A stretch of 45,505 nt of DNA from Fodinibius sp. (GTDB lineage Bacteria; Bacteroidota; Rhodothermia; Balneolales; Balneolaceae): contig DATGUX010000414.1 in NCBI GenBank assembly GCA_035300985.1, positions 1 to 45,505 on the forward strand, read 5' to 3'. Made by a program: the position numbers and the translations under genes. The notes below the pieces were generated by a model. That model was not told where the DNA came from. It worked only from the letters and a program-made list of their open reading frames with translations, and made no database searches. Below, one piece after another: positions 1-9,790 of the stretch (position 1 is its first letter; each line of letters begins with the position of its first letter).

Positions 1-1491
1 GTCGGCCCGGGCCTGGCCGTCGCCATGTTCACCGGACAGCGAGCCTCCGTATTTTAGGACCAGGTCCGCTGCTTTATCCGTGAATTGTTCAAAATGCTGG
101 ATTCCCTGCTGCGTTTCCAAATCAAACGTGATGCGGCAGTGGATACAGCCCTGGCCGTAATGTCCGTAAAGAGATGCATCGTAGTCAAACTCATCAAGCA
201 GCGAGCGAAAGTCTATGAGATAATCTCCTACATTATCGGGATGCACGGCCGCATCCTCCCAGCCGGTCCAGGTATCGGGCATGGTGGGTACAAAGGCCGT
301 GGCTCCCAAGCCGGATTCCCGGATTTCCCAGATCATCTCCTCCTGTTTTTCATCGTCAAACAAACTGATATTCGGCGGATCATCACTATTTTCAAGCACT
401 CCTTTAAGCTTACTGGCCTTTTCATCCGCCTCGTCTTTATCCTGGCCGCCAAACTCCACCAGCAGCCATCCTTTACCCTCCGGAAGCAGGGTGAGGTCTT
501 CAGTATTGAGCCCGGTTTTTTTCATATACCCGATCAGCTTATCATCAATGCCTTCCAGTCCTGTAGGCTGGTGCTCTTTTATCTCCGTAACATGTCGCCC
601 GGCACTATATATATCTTCATATCCTAATACTATCAGCGAACGCGCAGGTGGTTCGTTAAGCAGTTTCATGGTGGCTTCTAAGATGGTGACACAGGTCCCC
701 TCAGAGCCGACCAGGGCACGCGCCACATTAAAGCCGTTTTCCGGCAGCAGTTCATCCAGGTTATAGCCGGAGACGCGGCGGGGAATATCCGGAAATTTAT
801 CCCGGATTTCATCGGCATATTGGTCGCGCAGATCGCGCAGCTTTTCATAAATTTCACCTTTACGTCCGCCCTCCGTAATAATTTTTTCCAGCTCCTCTTC
901 ACTTGTGGGACCCACCTCCATCTTTAGCCCATCATAGGTAAGTATGGTCAGTGACTGGGTATTATCTGAGGTACGAGCGCCGTAGCCCTCATTCTCGGCC
1001 ATTACCGAATGGATGCCGCAGGAGTTGTTCCCCAACATGCCCCCGATAGCGCAGTGGCTGTGGGTGGCCGGATCTGGTCCAAAGGTGAGGTCCGCTTCCT
1101 TCTTTGTATAATTGCGCATTTCATCCAGCACGATGCCCGGCTGCACCGACACCAGTCGACTCTCTTCATCCAGGCTGAGCAAACGGTTATAGTATTTGGT
1201 CATATCCATCACCACCGCCTCATTGCAGCACTGGCCGGCCAGACTGGTGCCACCGCCGCGAGGGAGCACCGGCAGTTCATATTCATTGCATATACGCATG
1301 GTTTCAATGATATCCTCTTCCGTTTTGGGCAACACCACCCCGATGGGCTCCTGCCGATAGTTAGAAGCGTCGGTGGCATAGAGCGCGCGGTCACCGTCAG
1401 TAAAGCGGACTTCGCCGGCGAGATTGGATTTTAGTTTGCTTGCAAGTGCTGCGGTGTCCACATCAACGGCAGTATTGGATTTACTATTCAT
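1..1491 (-). CDS. FAD-binding / Fe-S oxidoreductase (YdiJ/GlcD-like FAD-linked oxidase), runs off the left edge
   Basis: Not in the ORF track because it has no stop in the window. Manual translation from ATG 1491 gives MNSKSNTAVDVDTAALASKLKSNLAGEVRFTDGDRALYATDASNYRQEPIGVVLPK, typical of the family. Confidence 0.88.
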   Translation of the reverse strand, partial: MNSKSNTAVDVDTAALASKLKSNLAGEVRFTDGDRALYATDASNYRQEPIGVVLPKTEEDIIETMRICNEYELPVLPRGGGTSLAGQCCNEAVVMDMTKYYNRLLSLDEESRLVSVQPGIVLDEMRNYTKKEADLTFGPDPATHSHCAIGGMLGNNSCGIHSVMAENEGYGARTSDNTQSLTILTYDGLKMEVGPTSEEELEKIITEGGRKGEIYEKLRDLRDQYADEIRDKFPDIPRRVSGYNLDELLPENGFNVARALVGSEGTCVTILEATMKLLNEPPARSLIVLGYEDIYSAGRHVTEIKEHQPTGLEGIDDKLIGYMKKTGLNTEDLTLLPEGKGWLLVEFGGQDKDEADEKASKLKGVLENSDDPPNISLFDDEKQEEMIWEIRESGLGATAFVPTMPDTWTGWEDAAVHPDNVGDYLIDFRSLLDEFDYDASLYGHYGQGCIHCRITFDLETQQGIQHFEQFTDKAADLVLKYGGSLSGEHGDGQARAD

Positions 1492-1548
1492 AATAAAAGA
1501 TTAATTTTAGTAAAGCCCTATGAGATAGTTAATCGCGGCCGAACAGCT

Positions 1549-2655
1549 TTATATTTCATACTCTTGCGCATCTGCATACTTAAATTCCAATCCCAACCCG
1601 GGCCGGCTTAGGTCGGGTTTCATCACTCCTTTTTCAGGCGCCCGAAAACCATCAAACAGCATCTTTTCGATACGCACGTGGTCATGGAAATATTCCGCAT
1701 GCCGGAAATTTGATAAAGCAGGCGCGGCATGCAGGTGCAGCGAGGGCGCACAGTGCGCAGAAAAGGGCCGGTGCCAGCCATCGCAAACCGTTCCGGCCCG
1801 CAAGAATCCGGTGATGCCGCCGCAGCGCGTCGCATCGGCCTGCAGCACACCTACGGCTCCGGCGGCCAGCATATCGTTGAAATAAGACAGGCGGTATCCG
1901 TATTCGCCAGCGGCCACTTCCATACCGGCCGGCCTATGCTGTCGGATAAACCGCAAGCCGTCCAGATCGTCGGAGAGCACCGGCTCCTCGAACCAGCTCA
2001 CGCCCTCATCCGCAAACTGTTTTGCCAGCGCGCCAGCCTGCTTTACGCTGTAGGCCCCGTTGGCATCTACAAACAGCTCAGCATCAGGACCAATGGATTC
2101 GCGGACAGCCTGTACACGTTGCAGATCCTTGCCGGGGTGGCGACCGATCTTCATTTTCACTCGCGGAATGCCCTCATCCACCCAGCCGGCCAACTGCTTT
2201 TCCAGCTCCTCAATAGAATAGGATGTAAATCCACCGCTTCCATACACGGGCATGCCCTTACGCTCAGCACCGATAAGTTTAATCAGCGGGAGGCCTAACA
2301 GCTTCGCTTTCAAATCCCACAGTGCTGTATCGACCGCGGAGAGCGCCATAAAGGCCATCCCGCAAGTCCCTTGGTTTCGGATGGCTGATTTCATTGCCTG
2401 CCAGGCGGCCGGGATATCAAAGCAGCTGATCTGCGTTACTTCACTTCGAAGTATATTTTGGATAAATTGTGCCGTCGATTTGGCGGCATAGGTGTAACCA
2501 AAGCCGCTTTCTTCGCCAGCCTGTACTTCGACCAGCACAAGAATCGTGCTGGTCCATTTCAGCGTCCCGTCCGATTCGGGCTTGTCGGTAGGAATTTTAT
2601 AAGCCGAAACCTTGACATCATTTATGGGCGGGGCGATATTTGAAGCAGAGCTCAT
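1549..2655 (-). CDS. Mandelate racemase/muconate lactonizing enzyme family (enolase superfamily)
   Basis: KMK motif; DAN, WFEEP and GE metal ligands; SAVDTALWDLKAK. Confidence 0.9.
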   Translation of the reverse strand: MSSASNIAPPINDVKVSAYKIPTDKPESDGTLKWTSTILVLVEVQAGEESGFGYTYAAKSTAQFIQNILRSEVTQISCFDIPAAWQAMKSAIRNQGTCGMAFMALSAVDTALWDLKAKLLGLPLIKLIGAERKGMPVYGSGGFTSYSIEELEKQLAGWVDEGIPRVKMKIGRHPGKDLQRVQAVRESIGPDAELFVDANGAYSVKQAGALAKQFADEGVSWFEEPVLSDDLDGLRFIRQHRPAGMEVAAGEYGYRLSYFNDMLAAGAVGVLQADATRCGGITGFLRAGTVCDGWHRPFSAHCAPSLHLHAAPALSNFRHAEYFHDHVRIEKMLFDGFRAPEKGVMKPDLSRPGLGLEFKYADAQEYEI

Positions 2656-4451
2656 TAATCGCCATCAAACTTCGATGTTATCTCCTCCAGCGTATCCTTA
2701 AAGGTCTGTCGGATAATACCGATCTCTTCCGAATCACCTTTTAATAAAGCCTTGGAGTAATTAACAGCCTGCTCAAATTTGATGTGCGGTGGCAGCGGGG
2801 GCACGTCCGGATCAGTTATTGCCTCCAGCACGACTGGTCGGTCGGACGACAGTGCCCGGTCCCATGCGCCGGATATTTCATCCGGATCATCCACCTTAAT
2901 GCCTTTCAGTCCGAGCATCTGCGCATATTCGGCATAGGGAAATTCCGGGACGTTTTGAGACACATCATAGCGGGGATCACCGACCATTACCCGCTGTTCC
3001 CACGTCACCTGGTTCAGATCCTGATTATTCAGTACCATAATAATAAGGCTCGGGTTACTCCACTGCTCCCAATAGCGTGAGATCGTGATGAGGCCGTTAT
3101 TGCCGAGCATCTGCATAGCTCCGTCTCCTACCAGGGCAATCGCCGGCCGGTCGGGATGAGCAAATTTAGCGGCAATAGCGTAGGGCACGCCCGGGCACAT
3201 CGTAGCCAGGTTGCCCGAAAGCGAAGCCATCATACTTTCCTTCACTTTTAAATCGCGGGCAAACCAGTTAGCTGAGGAGCCTGAATCGGAGGTAAGGATA
3301 ACGTCATCAGGCAGTTTAGGGGAAAGCTCCCAGAACACCCGCTGCGGATTGATCGGATCCGCTTCGTTCATCGCGCGGCCTTCCACTACTTTCCACCAGT
3401 CTTCAATCTCGCCCTCAATTTTCTCCCGCCAGGTACGATCTTCTTTATAGTCAACATAATCAAGCAGTGCTTTTAAGGTAAGCCTGCTGTCGCCTTGCAG
3501 GTTGACCTCCATCGGATAGCGGATGCCCAGCATCTTACCGTCGATATCAATCTGCAGGCCGCGCGCCTGTCCCTCTTCGGGCAAAAATTCTGAATAGGGA
3601 AAACTGGAGCCCACCATCAGCAGGGTATCACATTCGGTCATCATTTCCCAGCTCGGCTTAGTGCCCAGCAGGCCGATAGCCCCCGTTACATAAGGCAAGT
3701 GGTCATCGAGCACCGCTTTCCCCAGCAAGGCTTTGGCCACACCCGCACCCGTACGCTCGGCCATCTCTTTAACTTCCGCAGCGGCGTTCGCGGCACCTGA
3801 TCCAACCAGCATGGCTACTTTTTCACCGTCATTGAGCACTTCCGCAGCGCGTCGGAGTTCTCCTTCTCCAGGTACAATATTTGTCGAAGAGTGTCCAATT
3901 CCACTGTGAACCGTGCCGTGCGCCCGCGGCGGTGTTTCAACGGCCTCCAACTCCTGCACGTCGTTAGGCACAATGATGCAGGTTACCGTGCGGTAGTTTT
4001 TAGCAATACGAATCGCCCGGTCTACCAGGTGACGAATCTGCACGGGATCAGAAGCCATGTGCACATACTCATGGGCCACGTCTTTATACAAGGAGATAAG
4101 ATCGATCTCCTGCTGGTAATTGCCGCCCAGCGACGCGCGCGCCTGCTGCCCCACAATAGCCACCACGGGTTGGTGATCCATCTTGGCATCGTACAGCCCG
4201 TTCAGCAGATGAATGGCCCCCGGCCCGGAGGTGGCCAGGCAAACGCCGACCTCTCCGGTAAATTTAGCGTGCCCACACGCCATAAAGGCTGCATTTTCTT
4301 CGTGGCGCACCCGAATCAGTTCGACCTTATCGTTGGCCCGGTCAACCGCACCCATGATGCCGTTAATGCCGTCTCCGGGGAAGCCGAATATTCGCCGGAT
4401 ACCCCATTCAGAAATTCTGTTGATCAAAAAATCACTTACCTGCTGACTCAT
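2655..4451 (-). CDS. Thiamine-diphosphate-dependent enzyme, pyruvate oxidase/dehydrogenase (PoxB)-like
   Basis: GFPGDGING, VRHEE, ATSGPGAIHLLNGLYDAK, GDGAMQM...NN ThDP motif; stop overlaps the downstream start (TAATG). Confidence 0.9.
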   Translation of the reverse strand: MSQQVSDFLINRISEWGIRRIFGFPGDGINGIMGAVDRANDKVELIRVRHEENAAFMACGHAKFTGEVGVCLATSGPGAIHLLNGLYDAKMDHQPVVAIVGQQARASLGGNYQQEIDLISLYKDVAHEYVHMASDPVQIRHLVDRAIRIAKNYRTVTCIIVPNDVQELEAVETPPRAHGTVHSGIGHSSTNIVPGEGELRRAAEVLNDGEKVAMLVGSGAANAAAEVKEMAERTGAGVAKALLGKAVLDDHLPYVTGAIGLLGTKPSWEMMTECDTLLMVGSSFPYSEFLPEEGQARGLQIDIDGKMLGIRYPMEVNLQGDSRLTLKALLDYVDYKEDRTWREKIEGEIEDWWKVVEGRAMNEADPINPQRVFWELSPKLPDDVILTSDSGSSANWFARDLKVKESMMASLSGNLATMCPGVPYAIAAKFAHPDRPAIALVGDGAMQMLGNNGLITISRYWEQWSNPSLIIMVLNNQDLNQVTWEQRVMVGDPRYDVSQNVPEFPYAEYAQMLGLKGIKVDDPDEISGAWDRALSSDRPVVLEAITDPDVPPLPPHIKFEQAVNYSKALLKGDSEEIGIIRQTFKDTLEEITSKFDGD

Positions 4452-4614
4452 GCTATTATAGCTTTTGTTTAACGTTTCATTGTGATTTGGTACTCAGGTA
4501 ATTTAAAGTTGGAAAAACCCGCCTCGACAATTTAGAACTATATTTTTCTACAAAGTACTTTCTCAATTTCAAAAAATATTAGCAGTAAATGTATAGTACA
4601 ATCTCCATTATCCA

Positions 4615-4633
4615 TGTAGACATTTTTGCTACG
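4615..4633. promoter_or_regulatory. Palindromic box TGTAG-ACATTTTTG-CTACG
   Basis: Copy of the recurrent TRTAG-N9-CTAYR motif, 164 nt upstream of the TPP-enzyme operon. Confidence 0.6.
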
Positions 4634-4740
4634 CAATATAGATTTTAAGATAAACAATGATTGCAGATAGGAGCGCTTAGGTTTACTGGTCGGCTAAATT
4701 TTAGGGGATTTATAATGTGCGCAATAGGGGAATAAATAAT

Positions 4741-4868
4741 GGAGCTCTTTGCAAAACTCATACGTAAGATGTTGCTTCTTAAAAAAACCATTTATGCGGT
4801 TTAAAGGGAGTTCCTCTCTCACCCAGGAGTAGGACTCCTTCCAAACGGTGGGTTTTGCCAAGGACTCT
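4741..4868. mobile_element. Putative MITE / IS-end relic, about 128 bp
   Basis: Imperfect terminal inverted repeats GGAGCTCTTTGCAAAACTC (4741-4759) and GGGTTTTGCCAAGGACTCT (4850-4868); internal hairpin about 4807-4838; no ORF. Confidence 0.4.
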
Positions 4869-4882
4869 AAAAAACCACGGCT

Positions 4883-6340
4883 TTACGCCCCCAAAAGTGC
4901 CTTATAGGGGTCTTCAAGGGCATTGCGTACGTACCGTAAAAACCGCACCCCTTCTGCTCCATCGATCAGCCGGTGATCATAGGATAGGCTGAGCGGCAGT
5001 GTTACCACTGGTTGAAAAGATTCGGTTTCTTTTTGATAAACCGGTCGGGTCGTCATCTCCGAGGCGCCCAAAATTGCAACCTGTGGATAAAAAATAACGG
5101 GAGTAAACTGGGTGCCCCCAATACCGCCAAGGTTGGAAATGATAAAATTGCCGCCCTCCATATCCTCACCTGAAAGATCCTTATTTCGTGCTTTTTCGGC
5201 CAGCCCGGTGATTTCTGTAGCAAGCTCAATAATCGATTTCTGGTCAACATCGCGCACAATGGGCACCAGCAGGCCCTCGTCGGTATTGACGGCAATCCCG
5301 ATATGTACATACTTTTTCAGGATCACTTCTTCGGCCTCCATATCAATGCTCGCATTAAATTTTGGGAACCGGTGCAACGCATTGGCAATGACTTTGGTCA
5401 AAACGGCGGTGATGGTTAGCTTACCGCCCTGCTCTTCTACCTCGCCCTGATGTTGCCCGATATACTCTTCAATACCGGATACGTCAGCCTCATCAAACTG
5501 GGTGACGTGGGGAACTGTCTGCCAAGAGCCCTGCGTTTGCCTTGCCGTCACCTTCCTTATCTCTGACAGCGATTGCCGCTCGACGCTTCCCCATTGACTA
5601 AAATCGGGAAGTTCCAGGCTGGGCGCAGCGGCCTTCTTTCCGACAGCTTTGCCGGCTGCTTCTTTTACATCATCCCCGGTAACCAGCCCGTCCGGACCGG
5701 TGCCTGCGATATCTTCAAGATTGAGCCCAGACTCCCGGGCCAGTCGTTTGGCACCGGGGGCGGCGTGCACTCCCTCACTCCCTGACGATTCGGTTTCTTC
5801 CTCTGTTTCTTCAGCTTCTTCCTCAACTTCCTTTGACTTCTCGTCCTGCTTCTCTTTTTCTCCCGACTTGTCTTCCTCTTGCTTTTCATTTTTCTCTTTC
5901 GCTGCCTCCTCATCACCCGATTTTTCTTCCTCTTCATCACTATTTTCTTCACCTAAATCCTCATCGCTTTTTTCACTCTCCTGCTCTTCATCTTCCTGCT
6001 CGCCTTGCTGATCTTTTTCTTCCTCCTGTTCTTCTTCGGACTCCTCATCCTGGCCCGCCTTCTCTTCTTTTTCCTCATTATCCTCGCCATTCCCGCTCTG
6101 GCCCTCCTCTTCAAGCACCGCGATAACATCCCCTGTTTTAATAGTATCGCCCTCACTTACTTTAACCTCTCCCACGGTTCCGGCGGCCTCGGAAGGCACT
6201 TCCACCGTCGCTTTATCACTTTCTACGGCAATCACCGACTCATCCTCCTCGATGGTATCTCCTTCTTGGATCATGACTTCGGCGACGGTTCCTTCATCGG
6301 CATCTTCTGAGAGTTTGGGCAGTTTGATTTCTTTAGCCAT
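4883..6340 (-). CDS. aceF: Dihydrolipoamide acetyltransferase (PDH E2)
   Basis: One lipoyl domain (VESDKA), long acidic linker, E3-binding domain (HAAPGAKRLARE...GTGPDG), catalytic YDHRLIDGA. Confidence 0.92.
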   Translation of the reverse strand: MAKEIKLPKLSEDADEGTVAEVMIQEGDTIEEDESVIAVESDKATVEVPSEAAGTVGEVKVSEGDTIKTGDVIAVLEEEGQSGNGEDNEEKEEKAGQDEESEEEQEEEKDQQGEQEDEEQESEKSDEDLGEENSDEEEEKSGDEEAAKEKNEKQEEDKSGEKEKQDEKSKEVEEEAEETEEETESSGSEGVHAAPGAKRLARESGLNLEDIAGTGPDGLVTGDDVKEAAGKAVGKKAAAPSLELPDFSQWGSVERQSLSEIRKVTARQTQGSWQTVPHVTQFDEADVSGIEEYIGQHQGEVEEQGGKLTITAVLTKVIANALHRFPKFNASIDMEAEEVILKKYVHIGIAVNTDEGLLVPIVRDVDQKSIIELATEITGLAEKARNKDLSGEDMEGGNFIISNLGGIGGTQFTPVIFYPQVAILGASEMTTRPVYQKETESFQPVVTLPLSLSYDHRLIDGAEGVRFLRYVRNALEDPYKALLGA

Positions 6341-6377
6341 AGGAGTGATTAATTAAGAGTTAAGATTTAACCAAGAT

Positions 6378-9047
6378 TCAGGATGTTCGGGGATTCACTT
6401 TTTCCGGATCAATTTCAAGCTCATCAGCTGCTTTCTCAAGCTGTTTGCCTTCCACTTTGCCTTTTTTGGCCAAATCAAAGAGCGCAGCAAAAGCAATATG
6501 CCTGGCATCGACTTCAAAGAACCCGCGCAGGGCCGGCGTTGAATCGCTGCGTCCAAAACCATCGGTTCCCAGTACGCTCACCGGACCGGGAAACCAGCCG
6601 GCCAGCGTCAGCGGAACAGCCTTTACATAATCGGAGGCCATCACATAAACTCCCTGCGTTTCGGCCAGGGCCATTTCAATATGCGTGCGATTACGGTTCA
6701 GGTCACGACTTGTCCGGTTTCCGCGTTCAGTGTCGATCGCATTATCGTAGAGGGCTTTATAGCTGGTGATACTCCACGCATCAGCTGAAACACCGAAATT
6801 GTCTTCCAGCATATCGGCGGCCTCCAGTACCTCCTGCATAATGGCGCCGCTGCCAAAAAGATGCGCTTTTTTATCGCTTTCCTGCCCTTCCGATTCCCGG
6901 AACCGGTACATGCCCTCCATAATATATTCATCTATATTCTCCGGCTCGTCCGGTTTGGGCGGCATCTTGTAGGTCTGATTGGTGACGGTAATGTAATAGG
7001 AGCAATCGCTTTTGTTGACGTACATCTCTTCGATGCCCTTTTGAATGATCACGGCCAGCTCGTAAGCAAAAGCCGGATCGTAGGCCCGCAGGGTTGGAAA
7101 GGCCATAGCATAGAGTTGGCTTTGGCCATCGGCATGCTGCAGGCCTTCGCCGGATAGCGAAGTACGCCCGGAAATACCGCCCACATAGAAACCTTTGGCG
7201 CCGGCGTCAGCGGCTGCCCAGGCGAAATCGCCGATACGCTGAAATCCAAACATGGAATAGAAAAAGAAGAACGGAATCATATTTACGCCAAGATGACTAT
7301 AGGCGGTGCCCGCCGCAATAAACGACCCCATACAGCCTGCCTCGGTGATGCCCTCTTCCAAGATGGCGCCCTCCTCTTCCTCGCGGTAGTACATCAGGCT
7401 GTCCTCATCCACGGGATGATACTGCTGCCCCCCGGAGGCATAAATGCCCGCCTGCCGGAAAAGCGACTCCATGCCGAAGGTGCGGGATTCATCGGGGATG
7501 ATTGGCACGATATGGTCTCCTGCCGTTTCGTCTTTGAGCAGTGCTCCCAGGATCTGTATCATAACCATCGTAGTAGCGGCTTCATCGTCGCCGGAACCTT
7601 CAAAATAGTCTTCAAAAATGGCGACGTCGGGCTGCTCCATTGGCTCCGTCCGGTCTTTGCGTTCCGGCAAAAATCCGCCCAGCTGCTCCCGCCGTTCTTT
7701 AAGGTATTGCATAACATCGCTGTCTTCTCCGGGGTTGAGGAAAGGGATATCTTCGATCTCCTCATCCGACACCGGCACGTCAAAGAAGTCGCGGAAATGT
7801 TTCAGCGCATCGGTATCCAGCTTTTTCGTTTTATGGGATACATTGCTGGCCTCCCCGGCATCGCCCTGGCCATATCCCTTGACCGTTTGCGCCAAAATCA
7901 CGGTGGGCTGGCCGCTATGCTCGCTGGCTTTTTTAAAGGCGTTAAATATCTTGACGGGATCATGGCCGCCTCTTTTCAGCAGGTTTAACTGCTCATCGGA
8001 ATAGGTATCAACCAGAGCGGCCAGTTTTTCGTTTTCCCCGAACAGGTCTTTACGCATAAATTCGGCGTCCGAATAAGCATATTTCTGCAGCTGTCCGTCG
8101 GGCAGACTGGTGAGTTCTCGAACCAGGGCGCCATCTTCATCCCGGGCAAAAATCGGATCCCAATCGCTTCCCCACACCACCTTAATGACATTCCAGCCGG
8201 CGCCCTTAAATTTGGCTTCCAGTTCCTGGATGACTTTATTATTTCCGCGCACGGGCCCGTCCAGGCGCTGCAGGTTGCAGTCAATGACAAATGTAAGGTT
8301 CTCCAACTGTTCTCTTGCCGCCACGCTCAGGCTCCCCGTTGCTTCCGGTTCATCCATTTCCCCGTCCCCAAAGAAGCCCCACACGTAGGGAAGATCCTTC
8401 TCTACCACTCCCCGTTTCTGCACGTATTTATTAAACCGCGCCTGGTAAATGGCGATTAGCGGCGCCAGCCCCATCGAAACGGTCGGGTTATTCCAGAAAT
8501 CATCCAGCAGGTGCGGATGCGGATATGATGGAAGTCCGCCTTCGTCAGCCAGTTCGCGGCGAAAATTAACCAGATCCTGTTCCGAAAGCCGGCCTTCCAA
8601 AAAAGCGCGGGCATAGACCCCGGGCGACGCATGACCCTGGAGATAGACAATGTCCGGGAGCCCACCTTCAGTAAATTTAAAAAAGTGATTAAAGCCCACC
8701 TCAAACAAATCGGCAATAGAACCGTAAGTTGAGATGTGGCCGCCAATGCCTTCCAGCCGCTTGTTGGCCCGAACAACCATTGCCATCGCATTCCAGCGAA
8801 CCAAAGCCGTAATTTTCTGCTCCAATTCAAGATCGCCCGGATATTCGGCTTCTTCTTCGGGCGGAATTGTATTCACATACGGCGTGTTGATCGTCGTCGC
8901 GTCGATTCCATACCGTTGGGCTTCTTGCTGCAGCAAGCCGAGCAACTTTTGTGTGCGGTCAGCCGGTCGGTTATTCAATACCCAACGCAACGAATCCAGC
9001 CATTCCCTGTTCTCCGTCTCATTCTTGCTTGATTGATTATTGCTCAT
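6378..9047 (-). CDS. aceE: Pyruvate dehydrogenase E1, homodimeric type
   Basis: RWNAMAMVVRAN, GGHISTY, QGHASPG, PTVSMGL, GDGEMDEPE, DCNLQRLDGPVRGN, EGLQHADG. Confidence 0.95.
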   Translation of the reverse strand: MSNNQSSKNETENREWLDSLRWVLNNRPADRTQKLLGLLQQEAQRYGIDATTINTPYVNTIPPEEEAEYPGDLELEQKITALVRWNAMAMVVRANKRLEGIGGHISTYGSIADLFEVGFNHFFKFTEGGLPDIVYLQGHASPGVYARAFLEGRLSEQDLVNFRRELADEGGLPSYPHPHLLDDFWNNPTVSMGLAPLIAIYQARFNKYVQKRGVVEKDLPYVWGFFGDGEMDEPEATGSLSVAAREQLENLTFVIDCNLQRLDGPVRGNNKVIQELEAKFKGAGWNVIKVVWGSDWDPIFARDEDGALVRELTSLPDGQLQKYAYSDAEFMRKDLFGENEKLAALVDTYSDEQLNLLKRGGHDPVKIFNAFKKASEHSGQPTVILAQTVKGYGQGDAGEASNVSHKTKKLDTDALKHFRDFFDVPVSDEEIEDIPFLNPGEDSDVMQYLKERREQLGGFLPERKDRTEPMEQPDVAIFEDYFEGSGDDEAATTMVMIQILGALLKDETAGDHIVPIIPDESRTFGMESLFRQAGIYASGGQQYHPVDEDSLMYYREEEEGAILEEGITEAGCMGSFIAAGTAYSHLGVNMIPFFFFYSMFGFQRIGDFAWAAADAGAKGFYVGGISGRTSLSGEGLQHADGQSQLYAMAFPTLRAYDPAFAYELAVIIQKGIEEMYVNKSDCSYYITVTNQTYKMPPKPDEPENIDEYIMEGMYRFRESEGQESDKKAHLFGSGAIMQEVLEAADMLEDNFGVSADAWSITSYKALYDNAIDTERGNRTSRDLNRNRTHIEMALAETQGVYVMASDYVKAVPLTLAGWFPGPVSVLGTDGFGRSDSTPALRGFFEVDARHIAFAALFDLAKKGKVEGKQLEKAADELEIDPEKVNPRTS

Positions 9048-9137
9048 ACAAAGTCTTTTATGAATTGATTGAGAATAAAACCTTATAACAGGATAACAGC
9101 CATAAAGGTTATCGAATACTCATGTCAGTCCGCATTT

Positions 9138-9179
9138 TATTCTTTATAATCGGTGATAGAAAACCGATTATAAAGAATA
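9138..9179. repeat. Perfect 17-bp inverted repeat with 8-nt loop upstream of aceE
   Basis: TATTCTTTATAATCGGT-gatagaaa-ACCGATTATAAAGAATA. Confidence 0.85.
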
Positions 9180-9359
9180 GAGGTAACACGATCGATTAAC
9201 GATTAGCTTCTCTAATTTAATTACAGATCAACGTTTGTAAATTTATTATAGCTGAATTCTTATACTAAATAGAGGGGATGTTTTGTTATTTTCACGTGGT
9301 GAAAATGACTACAAAGTCAGACGTTAATGAGAAATGGGATGCCTTAATTGGATTGCTAA

Positions 9360-9790
9360 CGCGAGTATAAAAAGGCGGGCTGGAGATGAATAGAAAAATA
9401 GCAGCCAATTTATATAAGACCGCAGGATCAGAATGACAAATATGATAAAATAACTCTCCCAATGCCTCTAAACATTCCACGCTGCCCAGAAGCGGTAAAA
9501 ACCTCTTCCAACCCTGAAAAGTACGATGTACCTATACCCAGAAAAATTCACTACACTGAAAGCAATCAGAAAGATCATACTGAAAAAGTCAGTAAGCGGC
9601 ACAGCAAAGGCCGTGGAGAAAAACGGTCATGGATAAGACGACCGCGAGACCTGTCGGTCCGAGTACCGGTTGCGCGATTAGTACCAGCGCTGTTTCTTTG
9701 TATTTGGCAATAGCAGAGGCTTCTATGGAACCCGTCAGTACAAAAGGAATAAGCATATAAACCACAATAACAAAAACACGGTCGTAGCGA
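9360..9790 (-). pseudogene. APC-family amino acid permease relic (C-terminal part, frameshifted and internally deleted; ends approximate)
   Basis: Manual translation: VFVIVVYMLIPFVLTGSIEASAIAKYKETALVLIAQPVLGPTGLAVVLSMTVF and TDFFSMIFLIAFSVVNFSGYRY, resembling APC TM segments. Confidence 0.55.

Noticed and set aside
85-1434. Plus-strand ORFs 85..627, 281..766, 1009..1434 and short minus ORFs
   Set aside because: All overlap the real minus-strand FAD oxidase (1..1491), which the track missed because it is truncated.
5573-6310. Several Ser/Phe- or Lys/Arg-rich ORFs and an apparent simple repeat
   Set aside because: Alternative frames of the low-complexity aceF linker; no true tandem repeat unit.
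7293-7988. 231-aa plus-strand ORF
   Set aside because: Antisense to aceE.
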